A stretch of 64,000 nucleotides of DNA from Mobula hypostoma (Eukaryota): the NCBI RefSeq assembly GCF_963921235.1, contig NC_086107.1, forward strand, positions 110,610,001-110,674,000, in the 5' to 3' direction. Each line of letters begins with the position of its first letter. Positions within the stretch are counted from its first letter, which is position 1. A program made the translations under genes and the position numbers. Below, piece after piece: positions 23,941-36,050 of the stretch. The notes beneath the pieces were generated by a model. The model was not told the DNA's origin, did no database searches, and was given only the letters and a program-made list of their open reading frames with translations.

Positions 23941-24633
23941 GGATTACATCCTTGTCCTTGCTGGATGCGGTAAAGTCTGCCAGACCCAGCAACATCCTAG
24001 CTGTTGTGTCAAAGACCTGTGCTGTCTCATGAGCTGACATTTTCAACAAGTAAGACCCTTGTCACCTTGACATTCAGTGGCATTATCATCGCTGTGCTCC
24101 CTCCCATCAACGTCCTAGTGCCATTGTTAAACATTGAACAGTACAGCACAGTACAAGCCCCTCAACGCACGCTGTTGTGTTGACCTTTTAACTGACTCTG
24201 AGATCAATCTACGTGGCCCTCCATTTTTCTACCATCCATGTGCTTAGCTAAGAATCTCTTAAGTGCCCCTCCTTTATCTGCCTCGACCACCCTCCCTGGT
24301 AGCACACGCCATGTACCCACCACTCTCTTGGTAAAAGACTTACCTCCTCTACTTTCCTGCAATCACCTTAAAATCATGCTCTGTTTTTATTTGTCATTTT
24401 TGTACTGGGAAAAAGTTGCTGGTTGTTCACCCTATCAATGCTTATACCCCTTTATCAAGTCACATCTCAATCTCCTTCTCTCCAAGGAGAAAAGCCCCAG
24501 CTTTCTCAACCTTTCCTCAAAAGACATGCTTTTTAATTCAGAAAACATCATGGTAAACCTTCTTTCACCCCCTCTAAAACTTCCACATCCTTCCTATAAG
24601 GAGTTGACCAGAACTGAACATAATACTCCAGGT

Positions 24634-24863
24634 AAACACGAGGAATTCTGCAGATGCTGGAAATTCAAGCAACACACATCAAAGTTGCTGGTGAACGCAG
24701 CAAGCCAGGCAGCATCTCTAGGAAGAGGTACAGTTGACGTTTCAGGCCGAGACCCTTCGTCAGGACTAGACGAAGTGTCCTAACAAAGGGTCTTGGCCCG
24801 AAACGTCGACTGTACCTCTTCCTAGAGATGCTGCCTGGCCTGCTGCGTTCACCAGCAACTTTG
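24634..24863. mobile_element. Penelope-like inverted pLTR pair with 14-bp TSD
   Basis: TSD ATAATACTCCAGGT at 24620-24633 and 24864-24877; internal inverted arms ~24677-24765 and ~24777-24865. Confidence 0.88.
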
Positions 24864-25174
24864 ATAATACTCCAGGTGTGGTCTAACCAGAGTTTTATAC
24901 AGCTGCAACATTACCTCATGGCACTTGAACTCAATCCCCCCAACTAATGAAGGCCATCACACCATATGCTTTCTTAACCACACTATCCATTTGCATGGCA
25001 ACTTTGAGGGATCTATGGACGTGGACTTGAAGATCCCTCTGTTCCTCCACATTGCAAAGAATCCTGCTGTTAATTCTATACTCTGCCTTTGTTTGATCTT
25101 TCAAAGTCAACCACCTCACACTTTTCCACGTTGAACTCCATTTGCCACTAATCAGCCCAGCTCTGCATCCTATC

Positions 25175-25335
25175 GTAAACACAAAATAATCTGAAGATGC
25201 TGGGGTCAAAGCAACACTCACAACACACTGGAGGAACTCAGCAGGTCGGTCAGCATCTGTGGAAACGATGAGCTGACGTTTCGGCCCGGAACCCTTGCTG
25301 CCGACCTGCTGAGTTCCTCCAGCATGTTGTGTGTG
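25175..25335. mobile_element. Penelope-like short insertion with inverted end and 13-bp TSD
   Basis: TSD TCTGCATCCTATC at 25162-25174 and 25336-25348; CTGGAGGAACTCAGCAGGTCGG occurs in both orientations. Confidence 0.85.
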
Positions 25336-26189
25336 TCTGCATCCTATCAATGTCCTGTTGCAACCTATGACAACCTTCTACCTTATCCAGAGCACTTCCA
25401 GCCTTCATGTCATCTGCAAACTTACTAACCCACCCTTCCATTTCCTCACCCAAGTCATTCATAAAAATCTCGAAGAGCAGGAGTCCCGGAACAGATCCGC
25501 ATGGAATACCAGATAGCAGTGTGGAGTACCTTCGTGTAGCAGTTTAGAAAACCAGCTGCTATCTTCTCAAGGGCAAAAATGGATGGGCAATAAATGCTGG
25601 CATCGTTAGTGATGTCCAGATCCCAAAATTAAATGACTGATAAAATCTCACTCCTGAACTGTTCTTTTAATATCATTTGGGAGCTGTAGTGATGATTTTA
25701 ATCTTGCGTCAGCCCACAAGTCTATAGAATAGCAGATTCCTTGTATTTGATTACATTGTGGTTCACTGCGCGGGCCACATTTGTGGTCACTGGTCTCTCT
25801 GTTTCTATAGCACAGTATGGTGTTACCACTTCCTATTTCTATAGCACTGGGTTTTCTGTAGTACTGAGCTGTTGGCATTTCCGTATCACTGGATGTGGTT
25901 GGCCTTTCTGTTGTTCTGAGTTTTTACAGGATGGGCTGGCTAGCTCTATGCCCAGCCCTCTCCCTTTAGTACCGGCTTTGGGACCATCCATGGTGAAGTT
26001 CCAGTGGCTTACTATTACCAAGGCTGAGCTAAAGCAGGGAGATTGCAGTGCTGAATATCTTCAGTACTGGGATCTTCCTGTGCTGTGTGATATTAACCCT
26101 GCAGACTAACGGGCTTCCAGCTGTGCCTGTTGGTTACCCTCTGACAGACCATAGGATACAGGGGCAGAATTAGGCCCATCTCGTCTAAA

Positions 26190-27297
26190 GTCCTCCCCAC
26201 CACTGGGCACAACTTCACGGAGCGCTGACACGGGAAAGCAGCATCCATCATCAAGGATCCCCACCACCTGGGGAAGAAGGTACAGGAGCCTCGAACTCAA
26301 GTTCAGGAACAGTCATTACCCCTCAACTATCAGGCTTTTGAAACAGAGGAGATAAGTTTACTCAACTCACACCATCACTGAACTGTTCCTAGAATGTATA
26401 GACTCACTTTCAGTGACTCTTCGTCTCATATTCTCAATATTTATTGGTTATACTTTATACTTTATTGTCGCCAAACAATTGGTACTAGAACATACAATCA
26501 TCACAGCGATATTTGATTCTGCGCTTCACACTCCCTGGATTACAAATATTAAATATTAAAGATATTAAAATAGTTAAAATTAGTAAATATTAAAAACTTA
26601 AATTATAAATGATAAATAGAAAATAGAAAAATGGGAAGTAAGGTAATGCAAAAACAACCCAGAAGCAGGTCTGGATATTTGGAGGGTACGGCCCAGATCC
26701 GGGTCAGGATCTGTTCAGCAGTCTTATCACAGTCGGAAAGAAGCTGTTCCCAAATCTGGCTGTACGAGTCTTCAAGCTCCTGAACCTTCTTCCGGAGGGA
26801 AGAGGGACAAAAAGTGTGTTGGCTGGGTGAGTCGTGTCCTTGATTATCCTGGCAGCACTGCTCCGACAGCGTGCGGTGTAAAGTGAGTCCACGGACGGAA
26901 GATTGGTTTGTGTGATGTGCTGCGCCGTGTTCACGATCTTCTGCAGCTTCTTTCGGTCTTGGACAGGACAACTTCCATACCAGGTTGTGATGCACCCTAG
27001 AAGAATGCTTTCTACGGTGCAGCTATGAAAATTAGTGAGGGTTTTAGGGGACAGGCCAAATTTCTTTAGTTTTCTCAGGAATATTTATTAATTATTATTA
27101 TTATTTATTTCAGTATTTGTACAGTTTGTTGTCTTTTGCACATTGGTTATTTGTCCGTCCTGTTGGGTGTGATCTTTCATTGATTGTACAGTATTGTGTT
27201 TCAGCATCAACTGTGAATGCCCACAAGAAAATGAATCTCAGGGTTGTATATGGTGACGTACGTGTACTTTGATAATAAATTTACTTTGAACTTTGAG
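26190..27297 (+). mobile_element. Rex1-like 3' end, split by a younger minus-strand copy
   Basis: GAAAGCAGCATCCATCATCAAGGATCCCCACC; the 3'UTR resumes at ~27080 and ends in a TTTGAAC tail. Confidence 0.75.
26450..27080 (-). mobile_element. Young Rex1-like LINE 3' fragment
   Basis: TAQHITQTNLPSVDSLYTARCRSSAARIIKDTTHPANTLFVPLPSGRRFRSLKTRTARFGNSFFPTVIRLLN; near-identical to 59710-60133. Confidence 0.9.
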
Positions 27298-27611
27298 TCT
27301 GCTCCGCCATTCAATCATCTCTGATATTTTTATCAACTCCATTCTCTTGTCTTCTCCTCATAAACCTTAATCCTCTTTCCAATGAAGAAACTGTTAATCT
27401 CTGCCATAAATGCACGCAGCCATCTGTGAAAATTCCACACATTAACCTTCCTCGTAGCTGACAAAAATCCCTTCTTTGTTCCAGAGGTGTGTCCCTTTAT
27501 TTTGAGTGTTTGCCCTCAGATCTTAGACTCCTAATGGAAACTCCTCTTCACGTCCACTCTGTCCAGTTTGGGAAGTAATTTGGCAGGGCATTTTAATGCC
27601 ACCTGTCCTTA

Positions 27612-27990
27612 TTGGGTGGCAGGGGTGTGGAGATGCCACCAGAGGAGGCGTAAGGCACTCTTTCCCTCCGCTAGCCTTGCAGAGAACCCTTTAGCAAGGT
27701 GTAGCACCTTCTTAGCCCTGCCATCCCTGATCAGGGTCACGTGAAACCAAGGGAGCAGATGGTCGTATGAGCAGTGGTTATGCGACCACTGACGCCAGGC
27801 AGACAATCTCTCAATGACCGGGGTCACTCACCTTGTAAAGACACTACCCAGAAGAATGGCAAACCACTTCTGTAGAAAAATTTGCCAGGAACAATCACGG
27901 TCAGGGAAAGACCATGATTGCACGTGTCATACAATGTGGCACATAATGATGATGTCATATGACCCGGGCACATTATGATGACGATGTCCT
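27612..27990 (+). mobile_element. RTE-related non-autonomous element/SINE
   Basis: AATGGCAAACCACTTCTGTAGAAAAATTTGCC (RTE/Bov-A-like motif) and (GAT)n tail; the same 3' part occurs at ~37395-37495. Confidence 0.6.
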
Positions 27991-28154
27991 TAGCTAAGGG
28001 AGGGAGAATAAAAAAAAACAGGTGATTCTGGGCAGCACATGTAGGAATGTGTAGGGATTATCCTTATGATTTCAGGATGAAGGTGAAATAGTCCTGTTGA
28101 GGGTCCGTGGAACTCAGAACAGACACTCGGCCCTTCAAGTTTGTTCTATCATTG

Positions 28155-28445
28155 ACCACGGTTAGCGTAACACTATTACAGCTCAGGGCATTCTGGAGTT
28201 TGCCGGCTGGTGGCGTAGTGGCATACTGGGGTTCAGAGTTCAATTCCAGTGCCGTTCCATAAGGAGTTTGTGCGTTCCTCCCGTGAACTGTGTGGGTTTC
28301 CCCCAGGTGCTCCGGTTTCCTCCCATACCAGTTCGTAGATTAATTAGTCATTGTAAGTTGTCCTGTGATTAAGCTGGGGTTAAATAGGTGGGTTATTGGG
28401 CTGCAAGGGCTTGTTCCACTCTGTCTCTCTCAATAGATAAATAAT
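28155..28445 (+). mobile_element. V-domain SINE
   Basis: GGGTTTCCCCCAGGTGCTCCGGTTTCCTCCCA core; a short piece of another SINE head sits at ~28202-28225. Confidence 0.75.
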
Positions 28446-28629
28446 ACATAAACACGCCTGACCTGAAGCTCATTCTGTTGATCCAGAGAGCCCTTGATAC
28501 TTCCATTTGACACAATGCATCAGCTCGGTCTCAGAAGCATCAGTGACCCAAATCCACAGCCTGATGACTGAATCAAGTTCATATTAACTGCTCGCTGCTC
28601 AGTGTTCAGCCACAGCCATTCAGTGTCTT

Positions 28630-28870
28630 TCACTTTCACAGTCCCTTCCCCTCCATCCTCCTCGTTGCATGTCCTCCCTCCCACTCTCTCCCCCTCTTCT
28701 GTCCTCCAGCTCTTTCCAACCCACCCACCCCTTCCTTTCTCCCTCCTCTCTTTCTTTCCATCTCTGTTCCTCTCCCTCTTTCTTCCCTTGACCTTCCCGT
28801 CTTTCCCGTGCCATCCCCTCTTCCCCTCACACCACCACAGCTTTCTCTCTGTCTCTCTGCTTCTTCTAAC
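28630..28870. repeat. CT-rich low-complexity tract
   Basis: Strongly polypyrimidine sequence on the plus strand. Confidence 0.8.
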
Positions 28871-29844
28871 GTACCTTCAGTCTCTCACACTCCAAGCACA
28901 CACTCTTGTCCCTTCTGTTCTGCTATTCTGGTAGTAGTAGATCTGTGAATATGTTGATTGGACATCTTCCCCCAGCTCAGATTTCTTTCTTCTAAATGAA
29001 GGAAGACATTTCCTGAAGAATCCCATTTTTTTCCAGGATTACTGAGACAACTAAAAGCAGCGTCAGTTATTTTACTGTGTTTGAATAGTCAGTGTAATGT
29101 TGGACTGATGAACTTCCAAGTCTGATCCCTTTCCCTCTGCTCCGAGCAGACCGGTTTGGGAGGCTCTGCACTGATTGTTTGGGAGAAAGTGGAATATTGA
29201 ATCAGCGGATCTGCTTTGGAAGTCCTTGTACTTTGTGAATCGCTCTCTCTCTCTCTTTTGCTCGTCAGAGGGGGAGAGTTTGTTGCAGATTCTTGAGTCA
29301 GAGAACTGGGGGGGGATTAAAAAAGTGATGTGGCAGACTGTAACGTTGCAATCAGCGAGTTGTTTTTTTCTTGTTTTGTTAGTCTCTCGTCTCGCTGTGT
29401 GACACCTCTCTGCCCCTTTATTAGGGACAGAGAGAGAGAGCGAGAGAGAGAGAGAGAGAGAGAAGCCTGTGGTATGATCAAAGGATTAGTTTTTGTTGGA
29501 CTGCTGATCATGGTCTCCCTTGGGGTCTTTGCTATTGCTTGCTTGGTGGGTGGAGGGGGCTGATGCTTTTTGCTGTAGTAGGTGGGGGAGGGTCAATGCT
29601 TTGCTGTGGCTTGTGCGTGGGAGGGGGAGTGGAGGGGCTTTGGGGTTTGAATGTTTTGACTGTCAGCCATTCTTTGGGGCACTCTTCTGTCTTTGTGGAT
29701 GTCTGCGAAGAGCAAGAGTTTCAGGTTGTATACATTCTCTGATATTAAATGAAACTATTGAGCGATTGAATAAGAGGATTCATCGTGGGGGTTAATCTAT
29801 CTGTAGCCAGTTCTATTCTCTTGTGAAACCTAAAGATCCCAGCT

Positions 29845-30220
29845 TTGCATCAGCCTTGTTGGGTAGGCTGTGCCATTCACAGGTCCAACATTAGACACCT
29901 GAAACAAGTATTATATTCCAAGCTCTGTTGTATAAGATTGCTGGGTGGATAGAGAAAAGGACGTGCTCGACGTTCCTTGAAGAAGTACAATATCCCCACT
30001 GTCTCCTGGGGATATCTGGCCCAAGAACGCTCAAAGTGCAAAAGACCATTTGGGGTGCTATTGATAACCTCAGACCCATGCATAACCAGCAAGAAGAACC
30101 CTGGTCAGCACTGACCACTATGTCGGCCTCTACTTGCCCCATCTCTGTAACAGTCTGTGGTCCCACGTCAGTTACTCGAGGCCCCAGAAAACCAGATCAC
30201 CCTCAATCCTGAGGGTCTGC
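29845..30220 (+). mobile_element. Old RTE/BovB-like LINE 3' ORF remnant
   Basis: Frameshifted ..WVG....RSNIRHLKQVLYSKL....SLKKYNIPTVSWGYLAQERSK, matching the RTE C-terminus. Confidence 0.65.
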
Positions 30221-31984
30221 CTCAGAAGGTTAATAAGAGTAATAAACTTTAAGATTTTGGACTGGAGGGGAGTAGACTGTGCTGTGGTTCTTAAGTTGGC
30301 CGCGTGGAAGCAGATTTGTAGGTTTGGTGAGTGAGACAGAAGGGACTGATATGAGTAAGCATATTCACCATTTATTTACAAAGGTAAAAAATTTGATCAA
30401 ATATCTAAGTTCCCCCAAGTTCCATGAACTACAAAGCAAAATATTCAACGAACGGATACTGAACTAAAAGTGCGAGTCTGGAGCAAACTTCTTCACTGGT
30501 TCTTCGGCACTGGCTGCGACCTCAGTGGGACGAGGACCCGGAGACAAAAGGGAAGAGATGAAGCCTCCCGCACGAGCTTTCCTTGCACCCCTGGGGTGCT
30601 CGAAACTGGGCACTGGTGCCCTGGCACACAATGCCACCAATGGGAAAGAGCTGCTGCATCCTTCAAACGGAGCAATCGACAGGAACGGCTTTCGACTGAC
30701 ACGTAAACTAACCCCCCCCACCCCGGCCACACATAACAACATGTTCACAAAGTCTTGGCATGGAATGAGCCAAGCTCTCAGTGGGTCAGGTGGCATCTGA
30801 GAATGGAATGGGGGGAGCAAGTGGACTTCCCGACCTGAAATGTTAATTGTGTCTCGTCCGCGGATGCCGCCTGACCTACCGAGTGTTTCTGACATTTCCT
30901 GATTTTTGTTTTAATTATCGGAGAAGAGCTCGTTCCATTTATTGCCAGCTTGAAGTGAGGAGGAACTTGACCTGAATTCCTGACACCTCCGTCGCGGTCT
31001 TCATCTATTAATTATGCCCTGTTGGTTCCTAGTTGGCACCTCATTTAGTCTGTTATTATGATCTAAGCACTTAGCTCGGAATTTTGACCTCTGCAATCGA
31101 ATGATATGAAAAGTGACAAAACTCATTGTCAAATGAACATGCGGCTTTATCAAGCTCTGAGATGTCCAATACTAAATTAGTCAGAAAGTACAAGGCAGAG
31201 GTCATGGGCAATTTATTAGGTGCTGTTTGACACAAGCTTTTGAATATTACAATATGGGAATAATTAATGTGTAAATATTTATGCAGCACAATCAGGGACA
31301 TTTGCCCTTTTCACTTGTTGCTCTTTTGGGAGGTTTAATTATCTTTCATAGTGCCAGTGTCTGAGTAAGACCAAGTGTCAATAATTCCTTTCTTGCGTCC
31401 GTGCATGGTATAAATACTCCAATGTCCCATTCACTGTGGCCAGTGTAGCTCTGCTCACAGAACAATAATTAAGGGCAAGTCAGCTATCACATTTTAAGTC
31501 TTCCTCCTGCCCCTGTGTCCTGAAAGAATTATACCCATTCATTGTGTAATCATTGTTATTAATATTCATGGGCATTATCTTCCATTTCCCAGAGCTGAAT
31601 GCCATATGCCACTAATTTGCTCAGGCACTAATTTAAAAATGCATTTGAAGGTTGTTCAACGCCTTGTCTTTCTGTCGATTCATTATTATTGCCACTCTGC
31701 TTAAAATTCAGTTCTCAAGGTCATTAATAAATTTGGTGGATAGCGAGAGCTACAGGAATGATCCCTGTAGATCCACCAGTCACTATTCCCCCGCGCCAAT
31801 AATTACCAGTCATAACTCCACACTCTGTTCTATTGTGAAGCCAATTTTCTATCCAAGTGGCAATATCTCTCTCACTCCCAAGAGCATTTATTTCCAAAAT
31901 GCTTTTAGTGTGGAATAAAGCAAAATCTGTTACTGGAGTCAAAGTATCTAATATTCACAGGGTTTTTTCCTATCCTTTCATGTT

Positions 31985-32350
31985 CTTCTTGGGCTTTTAG
32001 CTCCCAGTGGAGCGTGGGCCATCAATGACCTCCCATCTCCATTTGCCTCTGGTCTGAGCCAACTTCTCGACGGTGCACCCATCATCTAATTTCAGCCTCG
32101 ACCTCTCCATGTGTTCTTTGAATGCCCCTTTTTCCTCTTTCCTTGGGGATTCCATTTCAATGCCTGCATGGGGATGTTGTCAGTTGGCTTCCTCAAGGTG
32201 TGGCCAATCCACCTCCATTTCTGTTTGCATCTCTGTGGATTCCTGAATGGTGTTTTCCCACAGTATCTGGTTGGTTTGGCTGTGCAGGATCCTGACGACT
32301 TACCCTGCGCTGCATCGCGTGCTGTCTCGGTGACGAGCCTCTTCTCACAA
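31985..32350 (-). mobile_element. RTE LINE 3' end
   Basis: [41 protein letters not shown]; same family as 3420-3675. Confidence 0.85.
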
Positions 32351-32559
32351 AGTTGATGGAGTCATCAATGTCTCTGTAACCTGTTGTACCTGCTGTACAG
32401 GGGATTGGTTTATAGAGCTTCCCCAGAGCCCTGTTGGCCAGCCTTACCCGTTTCCACCTCTCATGACGGGGACGGAGGTTGGACTTGGAGAGGTCATCCC
32501 TTCACGAAGTCAGCTGTAACCATGTTAGGTTTCCCCCTGTCTTTATCAGCTTAGCCCAT

Positions 32560-33240
32560 CTCACCCTTCACTCCAAGACGCCAGTCTGCGCTTCTAGGAA
32601 TGGTGGTAACCTTCCCTTGCTGGGTGGGAGTATATACTCACCTTGAGGTCCTCTTTTGGCCAGGGTCGACCGTGAATGTTGCGTCCCAGCTGCCTGCTTG
32701 ATACGCAAGCCAGGGCAGTACAGTATGGAGAGCAAGCTGTTCCCCATGCAGCAGGCTTCCCCTCTCCACGCAACTGATGAGTCCAAGGGAACAGCAGAGA
32801 CCGATACGGTTTGGCACCGGCGGCGTTGCAGGCATTGCCAGTCAGTGTCGGACTCAACGTAGGATTGGTTTAGGGAGTCCAGCCCCGGATTTTTCCCTTG
32901 GGGTTTACTCACGAAGCCTTCCCCATGAGAGGGTATGGCCGCAAGGCAGCAGAGGTTTGAGATCAGAGATTTCCTTTGCCGAGATGAGCTGCTAACCACA
33001 GCTGACGAGTCCCATCTGCCCAAAGTGACTGGTTTTAAAGCTCCACTAAGCCACCATTGCCCCTTCTCCTGTCAGTAGAAACGGTTCCACCGGGCCTAGT
33101 AGCTAAGTCACACGTGAAGGCCAGGAGCTGGACTTGGATGTCGGAGGCTATTGGAGTTGCACACCATTGGGAGCATTTAATAAGTAGTGGGAACTTATCC
33201 CCACTACTTGCCCTGGCAATAACTACCTTAAGGAACCTAA
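32560..33240 (-). mobile_element. Interspersed repeat, probably RTE 5' region; may form one deleted element with 31985-32350
   Basis: Homologous to 5990-7145; adjacent to the RTE 3' end. Confidence 0.55.
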
Positions 33241-33749
33241 TGGTCACCAGGCGTGTGGAAAATCCCTGAGCCCACTTCATAGGTACTCAGAAAATCACAA
33301 AAGTGGTCTACTAAAGAGGATGACACATTTACCAAATTTATTTGTGTTTTATTTTGACGATGTAATTGGTAACATATGAAAAATGGAGATCGTCATTACT
33401 TGTGCATGAAGTTGTTCGGTATTTAGATTGTCAAAAGGCATGTATTAAAGTTGTTTGACAAAATAGGGAAAGAGGTGATACATTCAATCCCTCCATCACA
33501 GGTCAAGCCTTCCCTACCGCTGAACGTATCTACACAGAGCGCTGCCACAAGGAAGCAAACATCCATCATCAAGGAAGCCCCATCATCCGGGCCTCGCGCT
33601 CTTCTCGATGCTGCGATCGGGAAAGAGATACAGGAGCCTCAGGACCCACATCACTGGATTCAGGAACAGTTATTACCCCTCACCATCTGGCCCCTGAGCC
33701 AGTGTGGATAACTTCACTCACCCCCACACAGAACTGATTCCACAACCAC

Positions 33750-34395
33750 TGTATAGAATTCTATAGGTCAGGCCACATCTGGAGTATTCCCCACAGTTCT
33801 GGTCGTCCCACTGTAGGAAGGATGTTGAGGCTTTGGAGAGGGTGCAGAAGAGGTTCACCAGGATGGTGCCTGGTTTAGAGGGTGTGTGCTATCTTAAGGG
33901 ACTGGATAAACTTGGGTTGGTTTCTTTCAATAGGTACATTTAATGTCAGAGAAATGTATACAATGTATGTCCTGAAATTCTTTGGAGCGCTAGAGGCTGT
34001 GGGAGATCTAATAGAGGTTTACAAAGTTATGAGAGGCATAGGTAGAGTGGACAGACAATATCTGTTTCCCAGGGTTGAAGTGTCTAATACCAGAGGGCAT
34101 GCATTGAAGGTGAGAGGGGGTAGGTTCAAAGGGGATGTGAGGGTTAAGATTTTTACTCAGAGAGTGGTGGATGTCTGGACTGCGCTGCCTGGTACAGTGG
34201 TAGAGGCAAATACAATAGAAGATTTTAAGAGACATTTGGATAGAAACATGGATGTGAGGAAGATTGAGGGATATGGACATGATGTAGTTAGGAGCGATTG
34301 GAGTTTGAGTGTTTTTGATTTGTGTTTTCACTGGTTTGGCTCAACATTGTGGGCTGAATGGCCTATTTCTGTGCTGTACTCTTCGGTGTTCTATA
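33750..34395 (+). mobile_element. CR1 3' fragment inserted in a Rex1-like 3' end (~33470-33750 and ~34395-34590)
   Basis: RPHLEY..QFWS.H.RKDVEALERVQKRFTRM.PGL ... GDLIEVYKVMRGI. Confidence 0.88.
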
Positions 34396-35134
34396 TAATT
34401 TTTTATTATTATTTGTTTTTACTTTGCATTTGCTCAGTTTGCCTTCTTGAGCACATTGGTCGTTTGTCCGTCTTTGTAGCTTTTCATACACTCTTCTGTG
34501 TTTCTTTGTATGTACTGTGAATGCCTGCAAAAAATGGATCTCAGGGTAGGATATGGTATGTACTTCGCTAATAAATTTAATTTGAACTTTGTACATGCCG
34601 CCGCTGTCTGTAAGGAGTTTGTACATTCCCCCTGTGACCGCGTGGGTTTCCTCCGGGTGCTCTGGTTTCCTCCCACAGTCCAAAGACGAACCGGTTGGTA
34701 GGTTAATCGGGCATTGTGAATTGTCCTGTGTTTAGGCTGGGGTTAAATCGGGGCAGTCAGGGGTTGCTGGGTGGCGTGGCTCGAAGAGCTGGAAAGGTCT
34801 ATTCTGCTCAGAAAAAAATAGCACAAATAGAGGACTGGATTACCCTTAGCGTGGGTGTGGGGTCAGGGAAAAAGAAAATTAGAGCGGAACCAAGGGACAT
34901 GAGAGCATCGGTAACTGGGAAAGAAGATAGGGAGTGGGGACCAGCAAAGGTTCGAAGAGCTGACTAGCCCCTACATTATGAGAATCTGAGAATAAATGGG
35001 CCAATTTCAGATCAGCAGTTTGCAGGCCGAGGGGTTTCACAAGGATCTGTTCTGGGCTTCACAAACACACAATCTTCAGAGGTGAGTTACATGAAGCTGT
35101 CAATGCAATCAACCCGCAAGTCAGTTTTAGAGTC

Positions 35135-35600
35135 ACAGAGCCATAGAAAAGTACAGCACAGAAACTAGATGGCCCTTCAGCCCATCTGGTCTGTGCTGAA
35201 CCATTTAAACTGCCTACTCCCATTGACCTGCACTGGGACTATAGACCTCCATACCCCTACCATTCATATACCTATCCAAACTTCTGGTAAAAGTTGAAAT
35301 CGAGCACAGAAGCACCACCTGCACTGGCAGCTCGTTCCACACTCTTACGACCATCTGAGCCAAGATTTCCCTTCATGTTCCCCTTAAACTTTTCATCTCT
35401 CACCCTTAACCTATGACCTCTGGTTGTAGTCCCTCCCAACTCCAGTAGAAAAAGCCTGCTTGCATTTACCCTATCTATACCCCTCATAATTTTGTATACC
35501 TCTATCAAATCTCCTCTCAATCTTCTGCACTCCAAGGAATAAAGTCCGAACCTATTCAATCTTTCCTTGTAACTCAGGTCTTCCAGTCCTGGCAACTCTT
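35135..35600 (-). mobile_element. CR1 3' fragment
   Basis: LPGLEDLSYKERLNRFGLYSLECRRLRGDLIEVYKIMRGIDRV. Confidence 0.9.
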
Positions 35601-35729
35601 TTGATGACACAACATCAGTTGTGAAGACAGAAGGCTTGTGAAGGCAATGGGCCTTTGGAAATGTAACCTGGGCAAACATGAGGTTGTGCACTTTACCAGG
35701 ATGAACAGAAAAACGAAATGCTATTGAAG

Positions 35730-36050
35730 TCCCTCCTCCTTCACTTTCTCCTAAAATCCACTCTCCTCTCCTATCAGATTCCTTCTTCATCAGCCATTTA
35801 CCTTTCCCACCTTTCACCTGCCAGTTTCTCACTTCACCCACCCACCTACCTTCCCCCCACCAAGTTTCACCAATCACCTGCCAGCTTGTACTCTTCACCC
35901 TCCCCCCTCCCCACCAATTTCTTATTCTGGCTTCTTCCCCCTTTCTTTCCAATCCCGATGAAGGGTCCCAGCCCAAAATATCGACTGCTTATTCCCCTCA
36001 AAGGATGCTGCCTGGTCTGCTGAGTTCCTCCAGCATTTTGTGTGTGTTAG
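35730..36050 (+). mobile_element. Penelope-like 3'UTR/pLTR fragment
   Basis: Homologous to 5040-5305; decayed hammerhead motif CCGATGAAGGGTCCCAGCCCAAAATATCGACTG; a minus-strand copy lies at ~36490-36625. Confidence 0.75.

Larger units (their letters stand above)
24130..25510 (-). mobile_element. CR1 LINE fragment (RT C-terminal half to 3' end) hosting two Penelope-like insertions
   Basis: NDL.EEMEGWVSKFADDMK; VEEQRDL.VHVHRSLKVA.Q.D.VVKKAYG. Confidence 0.88.

Noticed and set aside
29928..30212. 94-aa ORF as a host exon
   Set aside because: Other frames show decayed RTE C-terminal motifs, so this is an out-of-frame read of an old LINE.
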